Shown here one piece after another: positions 27,401 to 38,651 of a stretch of DNA of 64,000 bases. This stretch comes from Nemertoderma westbladi (taxonomy: Eukaryota; Animalia; Xenacoelomorpha). The position numbers were made by a program, and so were the translations under genes. The stretch lies in NCBI GenBank assembly GCA_032718475.1, contig JAUCBJ010006599.1, positions 1 to 64,000 of the forward strand, given 5' to 3'. Position 1 is the first letter of the stretch. Each line of letters starts with the position of its first letter. The notes under the pieces were generated by a model, which saw only the letters and a program-made list of their open reading frames with translations, was not told where the DNA came from and did no database searches.

Positions 27401-29135
27401 ATCGGAAAATAAGGTAAGTGAGAAACCCGTTTCTAGGAGAAGGATAATACCAGTGTGTTATACTGACGACGGCGAAAGCCAAGCTTCTCAAGAAGAGGAC
27501 AGCGGGAAAGACACAGCAAAATCTTTCTATGACAACAAGACCTATAAAGACGTAAGTAAATACAAGTCTCGAACCAGTGACAGGAGAGAACAGGTAACAA
27601 CAACTCCTCCTACGTCTCCTAAGAGAATTCACGGAAGAAAGCCCGAAGAAAGAACGAGAGTGCATAACGTTAACCAAGTTAAGGTGAGTAACATCAAACC
27701 AAAATGTGCGCTGTGCGACGGGCCCCACCGTTTGAGTGCGTGTGCTGAATTTCTAAAGAAATCCCCTGTCGACAGACGTACAGTCCTGTGGAATAAGCGG
27801 TTATGCTATAATTGCCTCAGATCAGGACACCAACGGCGAACCTGTTACTCCGACGTAAAGTGTGCAAAGTGTGGCGCGAAACATCACATCTTGTTACACA
27901 GTGAGTTCGAACGAGACAACCCGAGTCAGGTAAGTGAGCCCGAACTACATGTCCAATTCAGTGATGTGAACGACACTGACCAAGGTTCTGAGTGGGAAGG
28001 ATTCTATACAGACGAATTCTCCGATGCCAACGAATCCTGTTATCTAATAAATACCACAGTGTATCGAGCACTTACAGATGAAAAGGACACTGACGAGTTT
28101 ACTCCAACTCCTTTTGACAAACAACCATCTTGGAAAGTTCCAACTTCCAACATAGGAATAAGAGAATTTCCTGTAGTGCAAGTTCGAGTTCATGGTCTCA
28201 ACAAGAGTTACATAGTGAACGCCCTACTTGACTCCGGCAGCACAGGAACATTCATCGATCAAGAACTAGCCGAAGATATCTTTGCTGGACAACCCAAGTT
28301 CCGGACTAAATTGAATATGTCAGGAATTATGCAGGTTTGGAAATCTACCCTAACGGCAGATTACTATGTAGGTGAGTTGTCCACCCCCCAGGATAAATTA
28401 GGAGCACAAAGTATAAGGTCAGTAAAAATGGTGGCTATAAAGAACTTCGCTACTACCCAAGCAGACCTTTATAACTGGGACGACGACGAGTGCATCCAAC
28501 ATCTTGAGATACCTCGATTCCAAACCGATTATCCTGGAGTGCAAATCCTCATCGGCCAAAACGCGCATGAGGCGCTCGAGACATTGGAGAAACGGCCTGC
28601 TCAACCGCAGCCATTACAAACTTATGTGGTAAGAACTAGAGTAGGTTGGTACTTTACTGGCCCTTCCCGCAGAACTCTTGAAGAAAGATTGCCACAAGAC
28701 CGGCTACTTCAAGTAAAGGATTGGGAAGAGGGGAGCAGTGAAGTGGACGAACCCACTGAGGTAACACCATACTCCTCAGATAATGACGATATTAACTCCA
28801 ATGTAGATCAATGGAGACATCGCCCCGAGATGATTAATCTAGCCGACATCGCTTCCAGAGGAGCAACTCCTCAAGAACGGATAGATACTCCCGGCTGGTT
28901 AGGTGGACCCGACTCCCTAAGTAAAGAAGAAGATGAATGGCCTCCTCATCTTACCACTGCGGAGATTAGACAGGCCAAGGGAGCGGAGGAAGTAACACGA
29001 CAGCCTAATCGCCCAGCTGGTCGCTTAGGTTTACTGGAAAGAGACCGAAAACTGTCCGGAAACCATGGAAGGCAAGATACTCTTCCTACGACCACTTCCC
29101 TAATTCGACAAAGATCTAGGGACTCCATAACGTAA
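24486..29135 (+). CDS. BEL/Pao Gag-aspartic protease polyprotein with one in-frame TGA (25215-25217), fused to an RNase H C-terminal stub
   Basis: ORFs 24486-25217 and 25452-29135 share a frame, which is open from 25218. Contains a coiled-coil repeat, DUF1759-like KFNGDEMKW...LNIRYG, three zinc knuckles (CALCDGPHRLSAC, CYNCLRSGHQRRTC, CAKCGAKHHILLH), protease ALLDSGS / ILIG / TRVGW, then WRHRPEMINLADIASRG...WLGGP. Confidence 0.9.
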
Positions 29136-30760
29136 TTATATATGGAGTGGGCGTGTGACTATATCATTTTATATTTGTTTTTATTTTATATTTATGTATG
29201 TATTATTATGTAATTTTATTATAATCGTTTTCTTTAATTTTATTTAGTAGAATGTTATTTTAGTGATTATTTAGTAGATTAGTGCAATATATTAGTGTTT
29301 ATTACGTATGTAATTACTTATAATATATATTTAGTGCGACGGCGAGAAATAATTATTTTTCTCTTTCCTTACTGTCCGTATCATATTATAAATACGTGAC
29401 TATAGTAAGATGACATGTCAGTACTTATTAAAGTACAATAAAGCCACTACTATATTTAAGTATTATTGGTAGGCAGAGTATTAGGAATGCAAAGTTCAGA
29501 TCCTCGTGTCTCGGCTAAACCAAGCTCTGGGTAGACCTTGGAAACGACTTGCCTCTTCACACTGACATTGCTTCGTGCGATATTGCTCTTCTACCTTATA
29601 ACAAATAATACATATAGTAGCGTGATGTCCCTCTAACAGTAGCGTAAATCGCAAATAAATCTGTTAAACTTTTGACCATCTGTAATTCTAGTCGATTAAG
29701 ATATCGTGGCACCCACCGATATACTTGAAAGACAAATTCTAGAATCAGTGGTTAACGTCCCCAGACAAGTTCTGGAATAAATCGGTGCCCATCCTAAATA
29801 TTAATTTAATATTTATTAAAATCTGTAAAATTCAGATCCGTTAACAATTCTAGTCGATTAAGATATCGTAGCACTTACCGATACTCTTAAAAGACAAATT
29901 TCATAGAATTAAGGATCTTGTGTCCCCAGACCTGCTCTGGAATCAAATTGTGTCAATTTTAACATCAAATAATAAAATTCACGGGAATAAATTTAAATTC
30001 ATATTCGAATGAATTTCATAAATTGTCATTTTGTGCAATTTATAACATTCCCAAAATTCCAGTAATTAATAGATCATGGGAGCGGAGATTCATATTGAGT
30101 GTACTAGAGCGCGAGAATCTCCAACATATAGTCAATAGCCGATAAAATTTATAAAATCATGCATAAAGAGGATATTGACAATTAAAGAATTACTATTAAA
30201 TAACATCCCAGATCTGTATGCATGAGAATTGCCCTAATTCTACCGCTAGTTTTCCATAATGTCACCATGGCAACACCCACGCTAGAATTAGAAGCAAGTT
30301 AAAAGGAACAATAAAAAGCTTACCCCATTGCGTAGCATAAGAGTATACATAACGCACTATTAGTATCCAAGGATACATAGTAATAAAGTGACATTCTGGA
30401 AGACACTGACTAACGGACAAATGGCATGCATGTGTGCAGTAAGTAATGATTGTATGGAATTTGTGCGTTTATAGGTGAATGTTACTACTAAAGTGTGTTT
30501 ACAGTAGCTAATCGCAATTGTAAAATAGCCCTAACTCTACCGAGATAACCTCAAGTGGATTCAAGCCTTTGGGACGGACAGTGGTGGGACTTGTGCCGGT
30601 TATCGTTGTCGTGCTGTTGCTACATGTTGGCGTAAACACTGCGACAGCGGTACATCGGCGCTGAGAAACCCACTGTCCGGGGGCAAAGCCTAGTAGGCAG
30701 CGACGCCCGCTTGCCTAAAATATTAACTCATATTGATATTAATAAACTCAGATAGCAGAT

Positions 30761-32210
30761 ATGACGGAATTGATAGAAGATGACCTTGGTATTAGAGAGC
30801 GATATACTCTACCTTTACAAGCGTTTGTGGATAGCTTGATACGCGGTGAAGCCGATCCGACTATTACGGAGGACGATGGTCGTTATATCGAACCGCCGAT
30901 GTCCCAGGAACAACTTACGCGTGAATTGGACTATAGAAAATTCACCACTCGCTATACGAATCGTAATGGTACGTATATGGACTTCTTAACTACCAGCCAT
31001 CCTATCGATTTACATGATACGGACGATGTATACACCGAAAGGGAAATGGTTCTATTTAAATATCATACCCAGCGGAGTCGTAACGATAAACCGAGAATAG
31101 ATCACGAAAATTATATTCGTAACAGACTGGGAAGACGAACCCATATGTTTAGAATCTGAAGAGATTCAGCCCCCCACGTCTCGGAGTAGCGATAGCGACT
31201 ACATATTGGAATGGTATCAAGGTCCCCAGTGTCTTACGGCGTATGATTATCGCCATGCCAATTATGTTTCTAGACAACGTTGTCGGCTGTGCGCATCGAG
31301 AGACCATATTACGTCTATGGACACCAACGATCTTTGTTCCTATTTCCACGAGCAACCGTCGATGGAAATCTATTGTGCATATTGTCGGCTTAATAATTTG
31401 CACATTTTTGCTGTCTGCCCCCAATTTATGACTCAATGCCATCATTGTCAATTAAAAGGACACGCCAGCTTTGATTGTCCCTTTAACCATGATTTAGAGA
31501 GCGTAGATGAAATGATTGTACTACGTTATATCAGAGCTTGGGAAGCGAACGCTGATTTACATTGTGATTCACGCCATCGCTATTATCCTGGACGCGCTTA
31601 CGAAGGAGTTTATGCGTTCCATCCTTATTTGTTTGCCTCCGTCGAGCAGAAATCGCGCCTATCAAGTTATGAACTATTGAAGCGCGTTGGAGAATGTATT
31701 TCAACCAAATATGTACGCAAATTCCTCAGGAGCATTAATCCGAGTGACATCAATTCGTATAACTTAATAAACTATATCCGTCAAGATCCGGCCTATGGAG
31801 ACTTATTTGTCAACTCACACCCTGAGTTACAGGAAGTATATCGACGGCCTTAAGAGTACAGAGCCCGCGAACGCGAGTTGGAAAGAACCATTAAACCAAG
31901 GAAGTTTCTAACTGCCTATGGTCCACCCACGGCCCTCGTTCAGACCACTCGTAAAGGACCCGTAAGAGCGGCTGTCTTGAAACGAGCTCTCAAAGCCGTT
32001 AGACCCCTCTCCCCGGACGTTGATGTCAATCAACCCGGTACTTCGACCGGCGGATATACCGATCGCAATCCCATACCTTCTGATGCAATCCTATTGCACC
32101 CTTCACCCAGGAGTTATAGCCCTCCTCGTAAAGTGGCTCGCCCCAAAGAGAAAAGGACTCTTGCTAGCTTTAAAAAACTGCGTAAACGCCGTCCGCGCAA
32201 GAAAGACTAA
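30761..32210 (+). pseudogene. Extra 3' ORF of the LTR element (~480 aa when joined): triple CCHC zinc knuckle with basic C-terminus, broken by one frameshift and one stop
   Basis: 30761-31159 overlaps a second frame open from ~31101. 31206-31853 and 31878-32210 are in frame across a TAA. Motifs CRLCASRDH..C, CAYCRLNNLHIFAVC, CHHCQLKGHASFDC; ends KKLRKRRPRKKD. Confidence 0.7.
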
Positions 32211-32288
32211 CTGTTTAGAGTATTTTTATATTTTAGAAACTGTGATTTTGTATATTTTATAGACTTAAATCCCATTTTCTGGGAGCGG

Positions 32289-33477
32289 TGTAAAAGCTTT
32301 TGTGGGATAACTGATACGTTTGCCTTTGCTGGCCAGTTCCCCCCCGGTCGCTAGAATACTCTCAAAGGGATTTATAACTAAAATAGTGCAAGCTACCAGC
32401 TTATTGGCTGATGTGCTGTGTGGAGATATCTGGGCTCAGCTTAATCGGCTAATCAGCGTAGGGAGGTTGCCTAAGCCTTGCTGTCCGTGTCGGCCAATAG
32501 AATTTGCGTAGGCGTTGATTTCGACCTATCCCAGCGCTACTGAACTGAATTTCCTATCTCTATGCTCATCCTCTGTGTTGAACGGAGCTTCGGGGAATAA
32601 GGGTATTTTGGTATACTCGTATAGTGTTAGTAGTCATATGATTTTATATGATTCTGTTGTTATGTTCCCATTTTTCGCCATAACACCGGCTTTTTGGGAA
32701 GAACTCTAGTAAACTGCTTAAATTATCGAAAGTATAAACTGTTACCCTACCGATCAATCTAATCAATCAACCTACCTATTAATCATATTGTTTGTACTGT
32801 TATTTACCGTCAGTTATTAATTGTATCTATTTGTTGATGGAAATATTGCTCTTTGGAGAATACTGATAAATCACCCAAATTTCCCAATTTTCTTGATACA
32901 CTACAGGTTAGAGAGGCGGGCTATATATAACAATTGCGATTTATATTAATGTGGTGTGTATTGAATCTAATGTTATTTAGCAGACCCTACATGAGTCAAT
33001 TACTGCTCTCTTTATGTGTGATCAAATATACTGACGGTCGGCAGAATAGTGTGTATGATTGTGATTGGTAACAAAGTATTTCCTAAAGAATACGCTTTAT
33101 ACTTTAATCATAAGCAGTATCGTTGCGTTTAGTATAAGTCCTAGTTCTGTTTAAATAGATAGAGCGCCACGTCCTAAAGGAACTGTTAATATTTCCCGAA
33201 AGCCAATAATATCTGTCAGAAATTAATTATTAACGATCTATCGAATAATACAGTAAGTTTACACTGCAACCTTACACTGCAATAATAAAATTTAAGCAGC
33301 CGAATTCAGCCTCCCGGGTGTAGATCCATCGGGTGAATGATCGCGCATGGGCTGACTTCGGGTAATGTTTTGTGTATTAGCATAAAATATTGTCGTATGC
33401 TAAAGTTGTTTTAATTAACTAAAAGACATATAAATTTTGGCAGGTTAAACTGCTAAAGGTCTTCAAAAGCGCGAACA
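32289..33477 (+). repeat. 3' LTR
   Basis: Copy of 21140-22328, followed by TSD tccta. Confidence 0.97.
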
Positions 33478-34516
33478 TCCTATTGATCCATTTTTAAAAT
33501 ATAATATTCTTAGCAAAACATGAAATAGTCCTCATATTGAATATAGACTTAATTAAACTAAACATAGTTTTTTTTTCACAATTGTAGTAAACTTGGACAG
33601 TTATAATTGTTTTCTGCCATTGAATGATGGCTGGGGCCTGGTGGTTTTCTACTAGGCCTACAGTATACTACCACGGCCCCATATTAATTATTATCGCAAA
33701 ATACCAGCCACATTATACACTGTTAAAAAAATGTAAATTTCGAACTAAGTTCGTTATAGTGAAATTGTTTTCACAACTTTTTTAAGGTGATACAACGCAA
33801 AATTATTGTATTAAAATGTAAATGTTAATCTCACAGAAAAGCTAGTGTCATTTACCACAATTTTGTTAAAGTATAATATATAGTATAATAAATATATTTT
33901 CACCTGAAAAATTTTACTGTAAAATGTAAACTACATAATTTATATTTTAACAAGAAAACATTTAAGCAAACCTCAGCAACTATATGATGATTGAAACTAA
34001 CATTTTTGGTGCATTTTTATGGGGCGCCGTTTGGGCCAAAAATAAAAAAAACATATTATATTAAAAAGTTATAATGGTATGTTTTTTTATCTTGCCGTTT
34101 GGGCCAAAAGTTGTAATGGTATGTTTTTTTATCTTGCCGTTTGGGCCAAATATAGCTGAGAGGGAAATTTGAATTATCAATTTCTATATACTGTATTTAG
34201 CAATTCAATTATCATCATACAGTCATACCTGTGAGCCTGTCTGCCTACATGATTGTGGATTGTATTTACACACGGTACCGTATCGCTGTAGGAGTGGACT
34301 TTAGGCTTACCTCCGCTGTATGGCTGTATGGGCCTTGGCCTACCGGTACTCATATACTGTCACTGGGTAATGCTGTAATGTAGCGTTAGGCTGTTAGGTA
34401 CAAATCGGTATACTTTAGGCCCTGTAGCGTTACACGTACACCTTGTGCTTGTGTTAGACATACATCTTGTGGTCCACAATCTTGCAATACTGACTGACTG
34501 AGGCATTAATGTCAGA

Positions 34517-35722
34517 ATGTCGGCACACGGGCGGCCCCGAACTTCAGTTAGTGACGATCAGCTTCGCTATTTAAGAACTGTACAAAGGTTTACAACTAAG
34601 AATATTTCCAATATTATGAACGTATCGGAAAGGACGATCAAACGACGATGTTCCAGTTTAGGTTTTACCAATCAACGATTCACCCAAATATCGGATGACA
34701 GACTGGATCAACACATTAGCGAAATTCTTTCAGATACACCCAATATAGGAGAAGTTTATTTGGCTGGAGCATTGCGTTCTATCGGAATAAATGTACAGCG
34801 ATGGAAGCTCAGGGAACGAATGGATATTTTAGATCCAATAGGTCGAGCTTTTCGAAAAAGTAAAGCAGTTAAACGGCGGGTTTATTTTGTGAAAGGTGCC
34901 AATCACCTATGGCACGTGGACTCAAACCACAAACTTATAAACTGGCGTTTCGTTATCCACGGAATTGTCGATGGTTACAGCAGAATGGTAGTCGGATTTC
35001 TCTTCTGTGACAACAATCGGTCGGAAACAGCGCTAAAGAATTTTAAAGACGCTGTTTCAAAATACGGGCTACCGCTTCGAGTGCGAGGTGATTTAGGTGT
35101 AGAGAATTTTGAAATCGCGCGTTTTATGTTAGATTCTCGGGGACTTGGTAGAGGAAGCTACATTGGTGGTAGAAGCGTACATAACACTAGGATCGAACGC
35201 CTGTGGGGTGAAGTGAATCGAGTTGTTAGCAATACCTATAAAGCAGTTTTCATCCGCCTGGAAGAAGATGGAGAACTCGATCGAAACAACGAGATACATA
35301 TATTCATATTGCACTACATTTATACTCCACGTATCAGGAAATCCCTTGATCGCTTACTTGGGGAGCTAAATAACCGCAGTGTGAGTACAGGGGGCATGAA
35401 GACACCTAACCAGATGTGGTGTGAAAGTGTATTATTGGATGCAGGTCTAGAATTCAGGAATACGAACTGTGCAGAGGGAAGCGCTGCTGCTGGTGGAGGT
35501 CTAGAGGATGAAACTGTGCAAGAGATAATTTCATACACTGGAGAAGAAGAAGTTGAAATAGAACCGAGTGGGTTATCTGAAATAGTAGTCCCTGAATTAA
35601 CTTACGAGCCTCAGATGGTATTGGTCCAACTGCTACAAGAAATTAACCCATTGGCCGAAGACAATAACTTTGGAATGGAGTTATATAAGCGGGCAATAAG
35701 TATTGTTGTTAATCACTCTTAA
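34517..35722 (+). CDS. DDE transposase (IS3/IS481-like integrase core with N-terminal HTH), 401 aa
   Basis: [18 protein letters not shown]; catalytic [39 protein letters not shown] uninterrupted. Confidence 0.92.
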   Translation: MSAHGRPRTSVSDDQLRYLRTVQRFTTKNISNIMNVSERTIKRRCSSLGFTNQRFTQISDDRLDQHISEILSDTPNIGEVYLAGALRSIGINVQRWKLRERMDILDPIGRAFRKSKAVKRRVYFVKGANHLWHVDSNHKLINWRFVIHGIVDGYSRMVVGFLFCDNNRSETALKNFKDAVSKYGLPLRVRGDLGVENFEIARFMLDSRGLGRGSYIGGRSVHNTRIERLWGEVNRVVSNTYKAVFIRLEEDGELDRNNEIHIFILHYIYTPRIRKSLDRLLGELNNRSVSTGGMKTPNQMWCESVLLDAGLEFRNTNCAEGSAAAGGGLEDETVQEIISYTGEEEVEIEPSGLSEIVVPELTYEPQMVLVQLLQEINPLAEDNNFGMELYKRAISIVVNHS

Positions 35723-35840
35723 TCATTTCTCAGTGGGGGGTATAATAATATATATGAAAGAAATATGGCTTCACTTATTATCTCGTGCTGTGCGAATAAT
35801 ATTATTCATTAATAATATATATTAATATTATTCATTAATA

Positions 35841-36100
35841 AGCAGCAGCTTGGTCTAGTGGTGACATTACTGGGCTTCCAATTAGGGAGCCCTGGTTCGA
35901 TCCCTAGATGGGGCAGCACTGTTTGGGCACAGTGCTTTAAATGCTGCAGCCTAGCCCAACCCCGGCTTTCATCCTTCAGTGGTCGATAAATGGGAACCAA
36001 GGCAACTTGGGAAACAGAGTGGAAGGGTTTACTGTGGAAGATCACCCATGGTGGTGAACAGGCATTCCTTGGCTTAACGAGCCTAAAAGATTCTCCCAAT
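35841..36100 (+). mobile_element. tRNA-derived SINE inserted between the transposon ORFs
   Basis: A box tggtctagtgg, B box ggttcgatccc, Gly(TCC)-like loop cttccaa, central gctttcatccttcagtggtcgataaatgggaacca, AT-rich flanks. Confidence 0.75.
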
Positions 36101-36593
36101 ATCCATTAATATTAAATATAATTTAAATCTCCGAGCTTTACTCTGCAGATAGGGGGGGAACTGGACGCAATAAAAATTCATCCCTATCCAGGGGAAATTG
36201 GTCGCAAATAACAGATGATTACTCTCAAAAATAAAACTGTGTTCTATTATGTTTAGTTTATTGTTTTGGTTAAAATATCGTGCCACTGTAACCTGCTCCT
36301 TTCCCTAAATTGAGAATTTAACATTGAGGCGGGATATTAAGTCGCCAAGGCGGGTTTTGCGTCGAGTTCCCCCCCCCCCCCCCCCCCCCCTTTGTCTCTT
36401 ACTCTGTATGTATATATAGGGAAAAATAACAGAAAAAACAATAATTTTTTAATAATCAAAGAATTATCAATCAATTCAATAGAATTATAAAATTAGTTAT
36501 CCCAAATTCAAAGAATTATCAATAAACACTACCGGTAGTTAAAATAACCAATAGTTATGACCCGACTAATAATTATTAAATCCGTTGATATTC

Positions 36594-38651
36594 TCAAATC
36601 AGAGTAAATTCTGGAGACATTAGAATGTCGTCAGTAACCAATTGGAAGAATTTATTGGAATTCGCTGCTAGATACCGAGTATTGAGAGGGAAGTGAATAG
36701 TTTGTGAGCAGGTATCCGCATAGAGCCTCTTAAAACCATCCTGTGGAAGAGATTCATCTTTCTCGAATTCGAGATTACCTTCGAAGTTTGGAAATCTACT
36801 GCCACTTCCAAATTGTAATATATCCGCAAGAAATAAGTATTTCCTGTTGGTGTCTTCAAAATCCGTCTTTAGGTAGTCGGAATCACATGATGGTATATGA
36901 GGTTGATTATTTCCAATTTTAACGAGAAAACGTTGAAATTTGAAGGCCATTTGAGTTTCTCTTTCATGTTCAACAGTCCCTGGGTGTGATTTATACACAG
37001 GCTTAAAACAGTTCTTTACATCTTCTGCAGAAATAACTCTTTGTGTTAATAACGCCTTGGCATCTTCGGGATGCTGCTTTAACACATCAAACACACCAAA
37101 CAATTTCAACCCTTCCCTGAAATTATATATTTCTTCGGCAGTCGAACTAACTAATATATGTTTATAAACAAGCTGCAGAAAACTATGCTTTTCTTGAATA
37201 TCAAAATCAGCGGTTGCTATTCCCATATCAAACCGTTCCTCAAATAGGCCTAAGTTAGCCTTAAAATCTTGCTGAGTAATGGAATTCACAATTGCTTTAA
37301 TTTTACTGAGTCGTTCATCATCTGCAGGAAGTTCTTCAAAATTGGAAGTATGGGGGATTTCCAGTACAGCAGCAGCTAGTGTCGGAGACAAACAATGTGG
37401 ACCTGGTAAATTATTAATAATCGCTAAAGCTACCATGTTGCCAAAATACAAGAACCTATTGAGATTTACTAAATTATGCCTGAAAAGAAGGTTTGGGTAA
37501 GTTCCCCTAAACAGAGATCCTGATTGCTTGGTGAAAAACAAGCTAAACAGCTCTCTTGTTAAACCACCAGTATCTGTGCCACCTTCACCTAGAAACTTGA
37601 CAATAACATTAGGTGAATCGATGTCTTCATCTTCCAGTGTTTCATAAACACTCGTAACAACAGAGCTGCGTGGAACTTCAAATCGTGTAACTTGGTTTAG
37701 AGAATACTTATTAGTCAAACTCGTCATTTTCGCGACAATCCCATCAGCAACTGGGCATTCAATGTGAAATTCCTCACCCTCTTCTGGCTCTTCTTCTACC
37801 AATATCAACGGGTCCATGTCACCTTCGCTCGTCACAAAATCACCATACCTCTCGGGTGGCCTGGTTTCACGTCTGGGCCTACTTGATAGATGCTGGTCGG
37901 TATTCAATTCGTTACTGGTATTACTACAAGACGATTCATAGTACTGAACACGAGTAGATGCCAGTTCAGCTCTTGTCATCTCCTGCTCCGATGCGCATGT
38001 CAACTCATTAGATGGTTTATTACGATCGAAAGTACAACTCAACTCAAACTCTGCATCTTGTTGACAAATTAAGCATTTACTATCAACAAGTTCCTCTAAA
38101 CTTGTAGTTCTTCCACATATGCAAAATGTAGATGTAGATTCATAGGTGGTTTCGGTAATATCAGGGTTAATATCCGAACTACAGGGTTCGGGTACTGGTA
38201 CATTTTCCATGATAAGAGGGATAGTTTCAGTGGGTTTATTCGTAATTGCAATATATAGCGTACGATTGTACTTCTTGAAAACGTTAAAAACGCCCTCACC
38301 ATCTAGAACCGAACCAGGCCCCAGAGTGGATATTGCGTTGAACAATTTTGAATAGCATGCAAGTAGAATAGTACATTGGGATGAGCACAAAGGAACGAAG
38401 GGTACGCTATTGGTAACGGTATGGTCTCTACAGTTCAATTTTTCGTTAAATTTGGAACGGTTGTAGAGTTTATAGTTCAATTCCTGGAAGTCTGGTTGGT
38501 GTTGGCCAGGCAGCCAGGACAGCAGGAGGATGAATCTGTCGTCTATATTGCACTGTACCCGTCGAAATGCAGAGCAATACCCCGAGCTAGGCATAGTACA
38601 CAGTCTGACAGTAACGCTGAACTCAATGCTGCTACAATCTGACAATATCAA
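36594..38651 (-). CDS. HECT-domain E3 ubiquitin ligase-like protein (G2E3-like C-terminus), up to 685 aa; true start uncertain
   Basis: N-lobe VKFLGEGGTDTGGLTRELFSLFF, YFGNMVALAI, FREGLKLFGV, ILQFGSG, catalytic LYADTCSQTIHFP, terminal EFTLI* with the -4 Phe. Upstream CICG...CLIC Cys cluster. Confidence 0.87.
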   Translation of the reverse strand: MILSDCSSIEFSVTVRLCTMPSSGYCSAFRRVQCNIDDRFILLLSWLPGQHQPDFQELNYKLYNRSKFNEKLNCRDHTVTNSVPFVPLCSSQCTILLACYSKLFNAISTLGPGSVLDGEGVFNVFKKYNRTLYIAITNKPTETIPLIMENVPVPEPCSSDINPDITETTYESTSTFCICGRTTSLEELVDSKCLICQQDAEFELSCTFDRNKPSNELTCASEQEMTRAELASTRVQYYESSCSNTSNELNTDQHLSSRPRRETRPPERYGDFVTSEGDMDPLILVEEEPEEGEEFHIECPVADGIVAKMTSLTNKYSLNQVTRFEVPRSSVVTSVYETLEDEDIDSPNVIVKFLGEGGTDTGGLTRELFSLFFTKQSGSLFRGTYPNLLFRHNLVNLNRFLYFGNMVALAIINNLPGPHCLSPTLAAAVLEIPHTSNFEELPADDERLSKIKAIVNSITQQDFKANLGLFEERFDMGIATADFDIQEKHSFLQLVYKHILVSSTAEEIYNFREGLKLFGVFDVLKQHPEDAKALLTQRVISAEDVKNCFKPVYKSHPGTVEHERETQMAFKFQRFLVKIGNNQPHIPSCDSDYLKTDFEDTNRKYLFLADILQFGSGSRFPNFEGNLEFEKDESLPQDGFKRLYADTCSQTIHFPLNTRYLAANSNKFFQLVTDDILMSPEFTLI

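Larger units (their letters stand above)
21140..33477 (+). mobile_element. BEL/Pao LTR retrotransposon, non-autonomous (RT and integrase missing), 12,338 bp
   Basis: Two 1189-bp TG...CA LTRs; 5-bp TSD TCCTA (21135-21139 and 33478-33482); purine-rich gggagcgg before the 3' LTR; BEL-type Gag and protease. Confidence 0.95.

Noticed and set aside
33716-34017. CACTG-terminated (CACTA/EnSpm-like) host element around the IS3EU insertion
   Set aside because: A left end cactgttaaaaaaa is plausible, but no matching right terminus or TSD was found.
34517-35722. Bacterial IS3/IS481 contamination or recent horizontal transfer
   Set aside because: The element has long eukaryote-type TIRs, a eukaryote-specific HECT cargo, a SINE insertion and continuous animal flanks.
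35841-35915. Functional tRNA-Gly gene
   Set aside because: The acceptor stem does not pair and the sequence continues into a SINE body.
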